The notes under the pieces: model-generated
The model's input: the letters and a program-made list of their open reading frames with translations, nothing else
Told to the model about the DNA's origin: nothing
Database searches by the model: none
In this document: one piece after another, positions 10,649-20,694 of the stretch
How the letters are laid out: every line of letters starts with the position of its first letter
Numbering within the stretch: position 1 is the first letter of the stretch
NCBI GenBank assembly: GCA_051859245.1
Contig: JBHYGA010000001.1
Coordinates: forward strand, 896,001 to 960,000
Reading direction: 5' to 3'
Length of the DNA stretch: 64,000 nt
DNA from: Gemmatimonadaceae bacterium
GTDB lineage: Bacteria; Gemmatimonadota; Gemmatimonadetes; Gemmatimonadales; Gemmatimonadaceae
Translations under genes and position numbers: made by a program

Positions 10649-10668
10649 ATGCTGGCACGCGTGATCTG

Positions 10669-11445
10669 ATGTCCGCGCGCGTCATCACGCTGCTCACGGA
10701 TTTTGGCACCGCCGACGGTTACGTTGGCGAGATGAAAGGCGTGCTCCTATCTCACGCGTCCACCGCGCAACTCGTTGACATCTCCCACGACGTGGCGCCG
10801 CAGGATATTGACGGCGCTCGACTCGCGGTGGCGCGGTACTGGAGACGGTTCCCTCTCGGTACCGTGCACCTGATCGTAGTGGATCCTGACGTCGGCACGG
10901 ATCGCGCGGCGCTCGCCGTGGAGAGTGGCGGACGGTTTCTCGTGGGGCCTGACAACGGCGTGCTGTCGCCCGCGCTATTCGCCCTCGATGCACAGGTCGT
11001 GCGGCTTGAGATACCGGCCTCGGCATCGGCCACGTTTCACGGTCGTGACGTGTTTGCGCCGGCGGCCGCACAGCTCGCGTGCGGCGCGCTCATCACTGAC
11101 CTCGGCGAACCGTGGCATCAACCTGTGCGTCGTCGCACTCCGGAGCCACGCAAGCGACCGGACGGCGCGGTGCAGGGTGAGGTCTTGTCGATCGACCGAT
11201 TCGGGAACGCAATTACCAACCTGTACGCGCGGGCCGACGGTTGGCTCGAAGTGCTCGACACCATGCTTCCGGTTGTTCGGACGTACGCGCAGGTGCCCGA
11301 GGGTACGCGCGTGGGTGTGATCGGCTCCAGCGGGCTGCTCGAAGTCGCCGTGCGAAATGGGAGTGCCGCTCAGGCGTTGCGACTCGTGCGCGGTTCGGCG
11401 GTGGTGTGGCACCCCACACGCCGCGCGGGCGCCGAACGACCGTAG
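10669..11445 (+). CDS. SAM hydrolase / SAM-dependent halogenase (DUF62) family protein
   Basis: ITLLTDFG, VVDPDVGT, GPDNG, TFHGRDVFAP and IDRFGN motifs. Confidence 0.9.
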   Translation: MSARVITLLTDFGTADGYVGEMKGVLLSHASTAQLVDISHDVAPQDIDGARLAVARYWRRFPLGTVHLIVVDPDVGTDRAALAVESGGRFLVGPDNGVLSPALFALDAQVVRLEIPASASATFHGRDVFAPAAAQLACGALITDLGEPWHQPVRRRTPEPRKRPDGAVQGEVLSIDRFGNAITNLYARADGWLEVLDTMLPVVRTYAQVPEGTRVGVIGSSGLLEVAVRNGSAAQALRLVRGSAVVWHPTRRAGAERP

Positions 11446-11449
11446 TCGG

Positions 11450-12424
11450 CTACTTCACGCCGGCGTGTTGTTCCGCGGGCGTTGGACGGCGCGCCGCCAC
11501 AACGCCGCTCACAGGAGTCGGCGTGGACCAGTCCGGCTGCGGGGCTGGGGCGCCAGCGGCAACGCGTGCCGGAACAGCGTCGGGCACGCGCAGCCCGCCG
11601 CGCGACCGCACCACCGCGCCAATGCCAACGGTTGCCACAACCCAGCTGGACGCGAGCGCGATAATGCGCGTTGCCAAACCGGCGCCGGGCACGGCCACGA
11701 GCAACGCTGCCGCAAGCCACGGCAGCCAGATCAGGCCGTAGCCGAGAAGGAGCGCGCGAAGTAATCCCGCCCGAGTACGAGCGCGATCGTCGGCGGCGCG
11801 TGCACGGCCGATCACGGCGGCGACAGCCAGTGCGCCGAGCGTGCCCACGCCGGCAATGCCGAGCACGCTCAGAAAGAGCACGATAGGCACGATCAACAGG
11901 CCAATCACCGTGACCGCGAGCGCCAGCAGCATAGCGCCGATTAACGGCAGGGTTATCGTCTGTGCGAGCAGTCCGCGCCAGAACGCACCCGAAACATCGG
12001 CCTCAACCGTACGAATGATTCCTTCGAGCGGGCCAAGCGCGGTGACGAGCACGATGAGGGCGATGACGAGCCCGATGATCATCACGCCGCCCACCTGCGC
12101 CAGGGCGCTGCCCGTGCGGGCAGCCGCTGATTGCGGTGCACTCTCCGCGCCACCGCGACGCTTGGCGAGCAGCGAATCAATGCGCTCGGCCAGGCCCGGG
12201 GAAAACTGACGCGTTGCTTCGATGACTCTGGCGGCTACAAGCTGTGAGAGCGATCGCAGCGCCTCGCCCGGACTGAAAAGCGCGTCCGATGCCACGACGG
12301 CAACGCCAACCGCCTGCGCAGCGCTGCGTGACGATTGCGCGCTCACATCTCGCCCCGAAAGCACCAGCATTCCAACAAGAATGCCGAACAGACGCAGCGG
12401 TCGGAGCAAACGCCGCGTGAACAT
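11450..12424 (-). CDS. Multi-pass membrane protein of the ECF sigma/anti-sigma locus
   Basis: Signal-like N-terminus and about 5 hydrophobic helices. 1-nt overlap with the anti-sigma gene. Confidence 0.7.
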   Translation of the reverse strand: MFTRRLLRPLRLFGILVGMLVLSGRDVSAQSSRSAAQAVGVAVVASDALFSPGEALRSLSQLVAARVIEATRQFSPGLAERIDSLLAKRRGGAESAPQSAAARTGSALAQVGGVMIIGLVIALIVLVTALGPLEGIIRTVEADVSGAFWRGLLAQTITLPLIGAMLLALAVTVIGLLIVPIVLFLSVLGIAGVGTLGALAVAAVIGRARAADDRARTRAGLLRALLLGYGLIWLPWLAAALLVAVPGAGLATRIIALASSWVVATVGIGAVVRSRGGLRVPDAVPARVAAGAPAPQPDWSTPTPVSGVVAARRPTPAEQHAGVK

Positions 12425-13011
12425 CAGGACTGCCGACTACGAGCCGTTGTGAGAGCCCGCAGTCCGGCCACGGCAGCGCCGGCCACCACAAGGAACCCCA
12501 CACCCGCTCCGAGCGCGACCATCGGCCCACCCGCGGCCCAAGCCTCGAGGCCGGTTTGTCCGACTGCGGCCAGAATGAGATCGGAAACAGCGGCGTTCGC
12601 AGACGCGCGGGCCTCTTCCAGACCAACGTTGGCCATCAACAAGCCGATGTCGGCCCGGTTGACCGCCCAGACGGCACCTGACACCAGCACGGCTGCGGAA
12701 GCCGCAGTGGCCAGACCGGCGGCGACCTGCGCAGGGCGGGTGGCCGGCACAAATCGAAGCACGCTATTTCGGGCGGCCACGTGCCACGGCTCAAACACCT
12801 GCACCTGACTCATGACGCGGTTCGTGAAATCGACAGAGGGCACGAAATGCGGCAGGTCTTCGAGGACCAGCAGCACGGCGCGCGCCTGTTCGAGTTCGCC
12901 CTGACATTCGAGGCACTCTTTCACGTGCTCCCGGAGGGGTTTCACGCCAAAGCCCACCTCGGTGTCGAGGAGAAGATCAATTTCGTCTGGTCGCAGGTGT
13001 CGTTCTAGCAT
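12424..13011 (-). CDS. Zinc-binding anti-sigma factor (ZAS/zf-HC2, RsiW-like)
   Basis: HLRPDEI...EHVKECLEC (HxxxCxxC), TM segments, and position directly downstream of the ECF sigma. Confidence 0.82.
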   Translation of the reverse strand: MLERHLRPDEIDLLLDTEVGFGVKPLREHVKECLECQGELEQARAVLLVLEDLPHFVPSVDFTNRVMSQVQVFEPWHVAARNSVLRFVPATRPAQVAAGLATAASAAVLVSGAVWAVNRADIGLLMANVGLEEARASANAAVSDLILAAVGQTGLEAWAAGGPMVALGAGVGFLVVAGAAVAGLRALTTARSRQS

Positions 13012-13041
13012 TTATCTACCAAGTGAGGCTCCTTCGGGGCG

Positions 13042-13068
13042 TACGGCCCTGTCCGGCTGGCGGTTTCA
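13042..13068 (-). promoter_or_regulatory. SigW-type ECF promoter TGAAAC-N17-CGTA
   Basis: Minus strand TGAAAC (13068-13063), 17-nt spacer, CGTA (13045-13042), upstream of the anti-sigma gene. Confidence 0.55.
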
Positions 13069-13127
13069 CATCTGTTTCACAAAAAGTCCGGTGCCTCTAC
13101 GGCGAGACGTCCCGCGTGTAATTCCGG

Positions 13128-13730
13128 TCACTCATTGATCCCCTCAAGCGCACGCCGCAGCTCGTGGCGCGCCCGGTGGATGTAGGTCTTGACCGTTCCA
13201 AGGGGCAGGTCGAGCGTGGACGCAATTTCCTCGTAGGAACGACCTTCCACGTGCCGTAGCATGATGCAGGCGCGGTATTCCGGGCGCAGCAGGCCGATGG
13301 CGGATTCAATGGCGTCGCCAAGTTCGCGCGCCTCCATTTCGTCGAGCGCGCTTTCCTGATCCGAGGCAACGTCAAAGGTGGAGGCTTCCACCTCGGCGGC
13401 ACTCGACGCGTGTGGCGAACCATCCATGCTCACCGTGTCGAGGCGACGACGACGCAAATGGTCAATCGCGACGTTGTTGGCAATCTTGAACACCCAGCTC
13501 GAAAACTTGAACTCCGGGCTGTAGCGATCAATGTGGTTGAGCACTTTGATGAAGGCGTCCTGCGCCAGATCCTCGGCGGTTTCGCGGTCGCGCACCATGC
13601 GATACACCAGCGAGAACACTGGGCGTTCGTATCGGCGCACGAGTTCACGGAACGCGATTTCGCGCCCCTCCTGTGCGAGGCGTACGACATCCGCGTCCGG
13701 AAGCGAGACCAGCTGTTCGTTGGTAGGCAT
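13128..13730 (-). CDS. ECF RNA polymerase sigma factor (SigW/RpoE-like)
   Basis: AEDLAQDAFIK, FSSWVFKIANN and SYEEIASTLDLPLGTVKTYIHRAR (regions 2 and 4). Confidence 0.95.
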   Translation of the reverse strand: MPTNEQLVSLPDADVVRLAQEGREIAFRELVRRYERPVFSLVYRMVRDRETAEDLAQDAFIKVLNHIDRYSPEFKFSSWVFKIANNVAIDHLRRRRLDTVSMDGSPHASSAAEVEASTFDVASDQESALDEMEARELGDAIESAIGLLRPEYRACIMLRHVEGRSYEEIASTLDLPLGTVKTYIHRARHELRRALEGINE

Positions 13731-13846
13731 CAGGGCGACGTCAAGGTAGTCCCACGCTCAGCGCGGGACCAGCGGTCAGCGCAGACGGACGTGCGCAAGT
13801 CGTTGCGATCGCTTGCTCGCACGCTGACGTGCGGCGAGTTTTGAGG

Positions 13847-14641
13847 ATGGTACCACCAGTGATTTCCGGCCCGCCGGCGACCCCGGAACAGCGGGCCCAA
13901 TCGAGCGATGCCTCGCGTGACGCCGCCGCGGCTGCCGCAGCGGGCGAGGGGAAGCGCGCGTACGTGCAGCGCATGTTCAGTGAGATCGCACCGCGCTACG
14001 ATCTGCTGAATCATGTGCTGTCCCTGAACATTGATCGCGCCTGGCGTCGGAAGGCCTTGCGCGCTCTGGCGTGGGATCGGGCGCCCAACGGGTTCTATCT
14101 CGACCTGTGCGCTGGCACGCTCGACGTTGGTGCCATGCTGATTAAACAGACCGGTTTCGGCGGACGCGTGATCGGGGCCGACTTCGCCGTGCCGATGCTG
14201 CGACACGGCGCTGGCAAGGCACCCGCAGATCGACTCACGCCGGTGGGTGCCGACGCGCTGGCGTTGCCCGTGGCGGATCGGGCGCTCGATGGAGCGATTG
14301 TGGCCTTTGGGATTCGCAACGTGGCGGATCTCGATGCCGGACTGCGCGAAGTGCGTCGTGTGCTCAAACCGGGTGCACGGTTTGTGATTCTGGAGTTCAG
14401 TACGCCGCCGTCGCGTCTGGTGCGCGCTGGATATCACGCCTATTTCCACCACGTGTTGCCTGCAGTGGGTCGCATGGTGAGCGGACACGGTTCGGCGTAC
14501 ACGTACTTGCCGATGTCAGTGGCGCATTTTCCCACGGAACAATCGCTGGCCGACCGCATGTTGAAGGCCGGATTCCGCGATGTGTCGTGGCAGCGCGTAA
14601 GCTTTGGAATCGCGGCGATTCACGTTGGCGTTGCTCCGTGA
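13847..14641 (+). CDS. menG: Demethylmenaquinone methyltransferase (UbiE/MenG)
   Basis: IAPRYDLLNHVLS, LDLCAGT, AFGIRNV and RVLKPG motifs. Confidence 0.92.
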   Translation: MVPPVISGPPATPEQRAQSSDASRDAAAAAAAGEGKRAYVQRMFSEIAPRYDLLNHVLSLNIDRAWRRKALRALAWDRAPNGFYLDLCAGTLDVGAMLIKQTGFGGRVIGADFAVPMLRHGAGKAPADRLTPVGADALALPVADRALDGAIVAFGIRNVADLDAGLREVRRVLKPGARFVILEFSTPPSRLVRAGYHAYFHHVLPAVGRMVSGHGSAYTYLPMSVAHFPTEQSLADRMLKAGFRDVSWQRVSFGIAAIHVGVAP

Positions 14642-14677
14642 GTTGGCGTGTGTGTGTGTCTTCAACCCAGTGTTGAC

Positions 14678-16183
14678 GTGTCACTCGATACTCTGTCGGA
14701 ATTTATTGCGGCCATCGACAAGGCCGGTGAGTTGCATCGCATCACACATCCGGTGCGCGTTCATCTTGAACTGTGTGAGATTGCGGATCGTGTGATGAAG
14801 CTGCCGGGCGGTGGGCCGGCGCTGCTCTTTGAGCATCCCGTGCTGCGCGACGGGACGCGATCGGCGATGCCCGTGGCCATCAATCTGTTCGGTTCGATGC
14901 GACGCATGTCGCTCGCGCTTGGCGTTGACGATCTCGACATCGTTGGCAATCGCATCACGCAACTGCTCGATCTCAAGGTGCCCGACGGATTGTTCGCGAA
15001 GCTCGGACTCGTCTCGCGGTTGTTCGAAGTGAGCAAGTTTCCGCCGCGCACCAGCAGCAGCGGAACACCCGCGTGTCAGGAAATTGTGTGGCGCGGCGAC
15101 GAAGTCGATCTCGACAAGCTACCGATCATTACCTGTTGGCCGGAGGACGGTGGACCATACGTGACGCTCACGATGGTCATCTCCAAAGATCCGGCGCGCG
15201 GCATTCGCAACGTGGGGATGTATCGCGTACAGCAGCTTGGCAAACGTGACGTGGCCATGCACTGGCAGCGGCACAAAACGGGCGCTGAACATTTGCGCGT
15301 CATGGCTGAGCGTGGCGAAAAAATGCCCGTGTGCATTGCCGTTGGCGCGGATCCGGCCAGCATGTACAGTGCGTCCGCGCCGCTGCCGCCTATGATTGAC
15401 GAGTTCATCTTCGCCGGATTTTTGCGCAAGTCACCCGTGAAGCTGGTCAAGGCCGTGACGTGCGATCTCGAAGTGCCGGCCGATGCAGACCTTGTGATCG
15501 AAGGCTACATCGATCCGGCCGAAGCACTGGTTATGGAAGGGCCATTTGGTGATCACACGGGATATTACAGCGAAGCCGATCTGTATCCGCGTGTGCACGT
15601 GACGGCGGTAACGATGCGCAAGCAGGCCACGTACGCCACCACGATTGTGGGCAAGCCGCCCATGGAAGACTTCTATCTCGGACACGCCACCGAGCGCATC
15701 TTCTTGCCGCTGCTCAAACTCACGTGTCCGGAGATCGTGGACTACCACATGCCGGCTGAAGGTGGATTTCACAATCTTGTGTTTGTGTCCATCGACAAGC
15801 GATATCCTGGGCATGCAGACAAGGTGATGCACGCACTCTGGGGCGCGGGGCTCATGTCGCTGGCGAAAGTGCTCGTGGTACTGGATCACGATGTAAATGT
15901 GCGCAACACGACCGAAGCCTGGTGGGCGGCGCTCAATAACATGGATCCGGATCGTGATACGCGATTTACGATGGGTCCGGTTGACGTGCTGGATCACGCG
16001 AGTCGTGCTTTCACGTATGGCAGCAAGATGGGAATTGACGCCACGCGCAAATGGACTGAAGAAGGCGCCACGCGTCCGTGGCCGAAAATGATCTCCATGG
16101 ACGAGACCACGAAAACGAGTGTTGACGCCATGTGGAGCAAGCTCGGTCTGCCGGCGATCGGCGCGAAGGCTGGATCGAGGTGA
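14678..16183 (+). CDS. UbiD-family menaquinone biosynthesis decarboxylase (MqnL-like)
   Basis: RNVGMYR, EGPFGDHTGYY and KMGIDAT. Clustered with UbiA/UbiX/MenG genes. Confidence 0.92.
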   Translation: MSLDTLSEFIAAIDKAGELHRITHPVRVHLELCEIADRVMKLPGGGPALLFEHPVLRDGTRSAMPVAINLFGSMRRMSLALGVDDLDIVGNRITQLLDLKVPDGLFAKLGLVSRLFEVSKFPPRTSSSGTPACQEIVWRGDEVDLDKLPIITCWPEDGGPYVTLTMVISKDPARGIRNVGMYRVQQLGKRDVAMHWQRHKTGAEHLRVMAERGEKMPVCIAVGADPASMYSASAPLPPMIDEFIFAGFLRKSPVKLVKAVTCDLEVPADADLVIEGYIDPAEALVMEGPFGDHTGYYSEADLYPRVHVTAVTMRKQATYATTIVGKPPMEDFYLGHATERIFLPLLKLTCPEIVDYHMPAEGGFHNLVFVSIDKRYPGHADKVMHALWGAGLMSLAKVLVVLDHDVNVRNTTEAWWAALNNMDPDRDTRFTMGPVDVLDHASRAFTYGSKMGIDATRKWTEEGATRPWPKMISMDETTKTSVDAMWSKLGLPAIGAKAGSR

Positions 16184-17163
16184 GCACACCCGCTGGAGTT
16201 CCGCTTCCGCCGGGCGCGCGCGACGGTCAGACGTTTGACGGTACCTCATTACCGGTGCGGCTGGCCAACTTTGTGAAGCTGCCACACACGGTGTTCGGTT
16301 TGCCGTTTGCGCTCGTGGGGGTGTGCTTTGCGAGCGCCGTGGTCGCACCGACGTGGAGCGTGATTGGATGGGTGCTCGTCGCGTTTACCGCAGCACGCTT
16401 CGCCGGCATGGGATTCAATCGCATTGTGGACCGCGATGTGGACGCGATCAATCCGCGTACGGCGATGCGTGAGATTCCACGCGGCGCGCTGACTGTGGCG
16501 CAGGCCACAACTGCGGTCGGTGTGATGAGCGTGCTCTTTGTGGTTGCGTCCTGGCAACTGAACACACTGTGTTTGTGGCTTTCGCCAGTCGCACTGCTGT
16601 GGGTGCTGGGGTACAGCTACACCAAACGCTTCACACGCTGGTCGCATTTGTGGCTCGGCCTCGGCTTGAGCATTTCACCAGTGGGCGGGTACCTCGCGGT
16701 GACCGGCGCGTGGAGTGATCCGTGGTGGCTCTTGTGCGCGCTCTCGCTGGCCGTGGTCACATGGACTGGTGGTTTTGATATTCTGTACGCGTTGCAGGAC
16801 GCGGAGTTTGATCGACGTCAGGGGCTGCATTCGTTGCCGTCGGCGATTGGTGTGTCGAATGCCATCACGGTGGCACGCACGCTGCACGTACTCACAGTGG
16901 TGTGTCTCGCCGTGGTGGTTGCAGCCGATCCGCTGCAGCTAAGCGGCCGCGATGGCGCGGAGTTCGCACAGGCCACGTTGCGGGTAGGCGTGGTACTCGC
17001 CGCGCTGCTGCTGGTGTGGGAACATCGCCTGGTCAAAGCGGACGATCTCAACAAGCTCGACGCCGCGTTCTTTACGATGAACGGAATCATCTCGATGGTG
17101 TTTTTTGTGTGCGTATTGGCGGCCACTTTGATGGGTCGCGGCCTCATACCGGTGCTCACATGA
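16180..17163 (+). CDS. UbiA-family prenyltransferase (MqnP-like)
   Basis: HTVFGLPFA, NRIVDRDVDAINPRT, YSYTKRFT and DILYALQDAEFD. GTGA overlap with the upstream gene. Confidence 0.92.
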   Translation: MSTPAGVPLPPGARDGQTFDGTSLPVRLANFVKLPHTVFGLPFALVGVCFASAVVAPTWSVIGWVLVAFTAARFAGMGFNRIVDRDVDAINPRTAMREIPRGALTVAQATTAVGVMSVLFVVASWQLNTLCLWLSPVALLWVLGYSYTKRFTRWSHLWLGLGLSISPVGGYLAVTGAWSDPWWLLCALSLAVVTWTGGFDILYALQDAEFDRRQGLHSLPSAIGVSNAITVARTLHVLTVVCLAVVVAADPLQLSGRDGAEFAQATLRVGVVLAALLLVWEHRLVKADDLNKLDAAFFTMNGIISMVFFVCVLAATLMGRGLIPVLT

Positions 17164-17762
17164 GCGCGCGATTGCCGGTGGTGCTGGCGATCACGGGGGC
17201 GAGCGGCGCGCCGTACGCGGTGCGATTGCTTGAGGCACTCGTACAGTTGCAGGTGCCGACCTGGCTCATTGTCTCGTCGCACGGGTGGCGGCTGCTGGAA
17301 ACCGAATCGGGAATCTCCAATCTCGATGCGCTGCGCATTTTTGTCGGCGTCGATGCATTCAACGCGCACGTCACTGTTTTTGATGACAATGATCGTGGTG
17401 CGAAGCCTGCCTCCGGCTCGGCGCGCACGTCTGGAATGGTTGTTTGCCCTTGCAGCATGGGCACCGTCAGTGCGATTGCGCACGGTACGTCACGCTCGCT
17501 GGTGGAGCGCGCTGCGGATGTGACGCTGAAAGAGCGTCGACGTTTGTTGCTGGTCCCTCGGGAGACGCCGCTGTCGCTCGTGCATTTGGAAAACATGATC
17601 GCGGTGACGCGTGCCGGAGCGATTGTGCTCCCGGCGGCACCGGGGTTTTACCATCAACCGCAGCAGATCAACGAGCTCGTCGATTTCATTGTGGCCCGAA
17701 TTCTGGACCAGCTGGAAATTGAACACTCGATCGGTCGTCGCTGGGGAGCCCCAATCGAATGA
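17160..17762 (+). CDS. ubiX: Flavin prenyltransferase
   Basis: ITGASGA, ASGS, PCSMGT, RAADVTLKE, PRETP and PGFY motifs. Confidence 0.95.
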   Translation: MSARLPVVLAITGASGAPYAVRLLEALVQLQVPTWLIVSSHGWRLLETESGISNLDALRIFVGVDAFNAHVTVFDDNDRGAKPASGSARTSGMVVCPCSMGTVSAIAHGTSRSLVERAADVTLKERRRLLLVPRETPLSLVHLENMIAVTRAGAIVLPAAPGFYHQPQQINELVDFIVARILDQLEIEHSIGRRWGAPIE

Positions 17763-18265
17763 GTCCAGTTCCCATGGAAGGACGCGGCGCGGAACACGTC
17801 GTGATCGGCCTTATCTCGGATACGCACGGTCTGGTACGCCCCGAAGTGTTCGCGGCGTTGAGTGGCGTGAGTGAAATCCTGCACGCTGGCGATGTCGGTC
17901 CCGCCGCTATCCTGGCCGAACTCGGAACGATTGCACCGATTCGCGCCGTCTCCGGTAACACCGACGAACCAGGCCGGCCCGATCTCACCGATCGCATTGA
18001 AGTTACGATCAGTGGGATTCGTGTGGTGGTCACACACGGCCACGAGCTTGGCGCGCCCACGCCCGAAGCACTCGTGGCGCGATATCCAAACGCCGAAGTG
18101 ATTGTGTACGGCCACACACACAAGTCGCTCGTGACCCGCGTAGGCAATACGCTGGTGGTCAACCCCGGTGCCGCCGGCCCCAAACGCTTTGAACTCACGC
18201 CCAGCGTTGCGCGGCTGAACATCGCGCGTGGCAGTGCCAACGTGGAGATCGTACCGCTCTGCTAG
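17759..18265 (+). CDS. YfcE-family metallophosphoesterase
   Basis: SDTH, HAGD, GNTD, THGH, GHTH and NPG motifs. Confidence 0.9.
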   Translation: MSPVPMEGRGAEHVVIGLISDTHGLVRPEVFAALSGVSEILHAGDVGPAAILAELGTIAPIRAVSGNTDEPGRPDLTDRIEVTISGIRVVVTHGHELGAPTPEALVARYPNAEVIVYGHTHKSLVTRVGNTLVVNPGAAGPKRFELTPSVARLNIARGSANVEIVPLC

Positions 18266-18269
18266 GCGC

Positions 18270-19418
18270 TTACAAGAGCTCGCGAACCGTTGGCGCCGTT
18301 CGCGAGCTCTCTTCCGCACGCGTACGAAACCAGTGCTCAAGCAACGTCAGCTCTTCCAGTGCATCAACGGTGAGCGCCGTGGCGGTTGATACGGGGCGCG
18401 CCTCGAGCGCGAGCAACTGGTCGATGCCGTCGAAATCGCGCACCGCCGACTCGCCGATCACGCGCCCGTCGCGAATGAGGTAGAGGCGATCGTTACCGCC
18501 GGCGCCGGGCACTCGATACGCGAAGGATGGTCGCTGCAGTGCTTCACGCACTCGCGCGAGCTGGGCGTTGAGTGTTTCGAGTGCCGCAAGTCGGTCTCGC
18601 AACCAGCCGGCGCGCTCGTACGAAAGTTGTGCACTGGCCACTGCCATATCGCGTTCGAGCGCTTCTTGCGGTTCATCGCTCGTGCCACGCAAGAACGCCT
18701 GCGCGCGAGTGAGCTGAACATGATATTCCGCGTGCGTGCAGGCCGCGACGCACGGCCCAAGGCAGCGTTTGGTTTCGTACCGGTGACACGATGGCGTGCG
18801 CGCGTACGCGGCATCATCCGCAAAAAAATCGCCACTGTCGCGCAATACCATGGGCACGCGATCGGCGCAGTCGCGCAATCCGAGGGCGTCGTTGAGTACG
18901 CGCACCGCTGACACGAGCGGTGTGCGGTGCGCGAAGGGACCAATCACGGTGCTGGCAGCGCCGCCGCGCGACGAGGCAACCACGCTGGCCCGCTGTACGC
19001 GCAGTCGCGGGACGGCCCCTCGAGGAATCACGATCACCCACCATTTATCCAATGGCCGGGCGCCACGCCGATTGTATTCTGGCAGATGCGCACGAATGAG
19101 ACGTGTTTCCCGCAGCAGCGCCGCAAACTCGTTGGGCGACGATTCCCATTCAATATGCGCCGTTTCCCTGAGCATACGGGCGTGACGATGTTCGGGCCAC
19201 GGCAGCCGAAAGTATGACAGGAGTCGCGTTCGGAGTTGGCGCGACTTGCCAACATACAACACGTTGCCGCGGGCGCCGAGCATGCGATACACGCCGGGGA
19301 CATTCTTTGCGTCTCGGCGAACCAGCTCGCGCAGGGGCGACGCATCGAGCCGCGGCGGGGCCTCAAGAAACGAAAACTGAAGCGCGGCCGGCTTCTGGTT
19401 GAACGCGTGTCCGAACAT
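18270..19418 (-). CDS. UvrC N-terminal-like (Cho-type) GIY-YIG excinuclease
   Basis: PGVYRM...VLYVGKSRQLRTRLLSYF, Cys cluster CHRYETKRCLGPC and UVR motif YERAGWLRD. No RNase H or HhH half. Confidence 0.85.
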   Translation of the reverse strand: MFGHAFNQKPAALQFSFLEAPPRLDASPLRELVRRDAKNVPGVYRMLGARGNVLYVGKSRQLRTRLLSYFRLPWPEHRHARMLRETAHIEWESSPNEFAALLRETRLIRAHLPEYNRRGARPLDKWWVIVIPRGAVPRLRVQRASVVASSRGGAASTVIGPFAHRTPLVSAVRVLNDALGLRDCADRVPMVLRDSGDFFADDAAYARTPSCHRYETKRCLGPCVAACTHAEYHVQLTRAQAFLRGTSDEPQEALERDMAVASAQLSYERAGWLRDRLAALETLNAQLARVREALQRPSFAYRVPGAGGNDRLYLIRDGRVIGESAVRDFDGIDQLLALEARPVSTATALTVDALEELTLLEHWFRTRAEESSRTAPTVRELL

Positions 19419-19614
19419 AAGCCGAAGATAGGTCGTAGGCGCTCAGCGGGCAATACGTAGTTGGCGCGGAGAGTTACTACGTCATTCGACCTATGCCGTA
19501 CCCCTTCGACGGAGGGCAGTATTCCGCGTAGGATTCCCGAGGGTCGGCGGCTGTCTGTCTCGCTGGCCACGCCTGATGGTTCGATCACGAACTCCTCAAC
19601 AGATCCACTCACGC

Positions 19615-20694
19615 ATGATCCTGTCGTCTGGAATCGAAGCGCGTCAAGAACTCGCGGCAGAGCTTGCACGCTCAAGCCGCAAGCCGCAGACCGTCGTGCA
19701 ACTCGCGGCGGTCGGGGCGTACCTGCCCGAGCGTGTGCAAACGTCGCGTGACGTCGAGCAACAAATCGCGGCATCGAGCCCCGGCTTTCGTGTGCGCCCG
19801 GGTATCATCGCGGCGCGCACCGGCATTCACGCGCGCCGAGTGGCTGAGGAACACGAGCAATGCAGCGATCTCGCGGTGGCTGCGGCTCGGCGTGCGTTGA
19901 GCTCAGCGGGACTTGAGGCACACGATGTGGACCTGCTGATTTTTGCCGCGGCGAGTCAGGACCTGATTGAGCCGGCGACCGCGCACATTGTGCAGCACAA
20001 GCTGGGTACGAACTGTCAGGTGCTCGACGTGAAAAATGCGTGCAACTCATTCCTGAACGGCGTGCAGGTTGCCGAGTCGCTGGTACAAACCGGCGCCGCG
20101 CAACGTGCGCTGGTGGTCACCGGCGAAATCTGTTCACGCGCCGTTCGCTGGACCGTGCGCAACGCAGACGAGTTTCGGGAGCATTTTCCCTGCTACACGA
20201 TGGGTGATGCCGGCGCGGCGGCGGTGCTCACCGCGTCTGACTCCGGTCGTGGTCTGCGCTACCGCAACTTCGCGGCGCGCAGTCATCATTGGCCACTCGC
20301 CACGATCCCGTACGGCGGCTCCATGCACCCGCGTGGTGACGAGTTTGCGTATCTCAAGGGCGACGGTCCCGCGCTGAAAGACGCATTCGTGGCGGAGGGT
20401 CCATCGATCTTGCACGAGATGCTGCGCGATGCGCAGATCGGCTTTGACGATGTCGACCACATCTTTGTGCATCAGGTTGGCGTGCCGTATCACGCGGAGA
20501 TGTTGGCGGCCACCGGCATCCCCGCGCACAAAGTGCGCGGCACTGTTTCAGACTTTGGTAACATGGCCTCGGCCACGATTCCCGTGGCGCATGCAATGGC
20601 CGTGGCCGACGGAACGGTACGCGCGGGTGATCGGGTGATGTGGCTGGGCATGGCGAGTGGCATCAGTGTGGCGCTGTTCATTATCGACGTATGA
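19615..20694 (+). CDS. OleA-like thiolase/KAS III family condensing enzyme
   Basis: EPATA, NACNSF (catalytic Cys), HQV, GNMASA and GMASG. Has HQV rather than the FabH HQAN. Confidence 0.85.
   Translation: MILSSGIEARQELAAELARSSRKPQTVVQLAAVGAYLPERVQTSRDVEQQIAASSPGFRVRPGIIAARTGIHARRVAEEHEQCSDLAVAAARRALSSAGLEAHDVDLLIFAAASQDLIEPATAHIVQHKLGTNCQVLDVKNACNSFLNGVQVAESLVQTGAAQRALVVTGEICSRAVRWTVRNADEFREHFPCYTMGDAGAAAVLTASDSGRGLRYRNFAARSHHWPLATIPYGGSMHPRGDEFAYLKGDGPALKDAFVAEGPSILHEMLRDAQIGFDDVDHIFVHQVGVPYHAEMLAATGIPAHKVRGTVSDFGNMASATIPVAHAMAVADGTVRAGDRVMWLGMASGISVALFIIDV

Noticed and set aside
10669..11445. Fluorinase/chlorinase implying halometabolite synthesis
   Set aside because: Housekeeping context next to mrp and no linked biosynthetic genes. 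The common SAM hydrolase branch is more likely.
13847..17762. Ubiquinone pathway or a novel prenylation cluster
   Set aside because: The menG + UbiD + UbiA + UbiX set matches the known late steps of futalosine-type menaquinone synthesis.
19570..19598. Hammerhead ribozyme core (CUGAUG...GAA)
   Set aside because: Reads CUGAUGG and GAAC instead of CUGAUGA and GAAA, and stems I/III could not be built.
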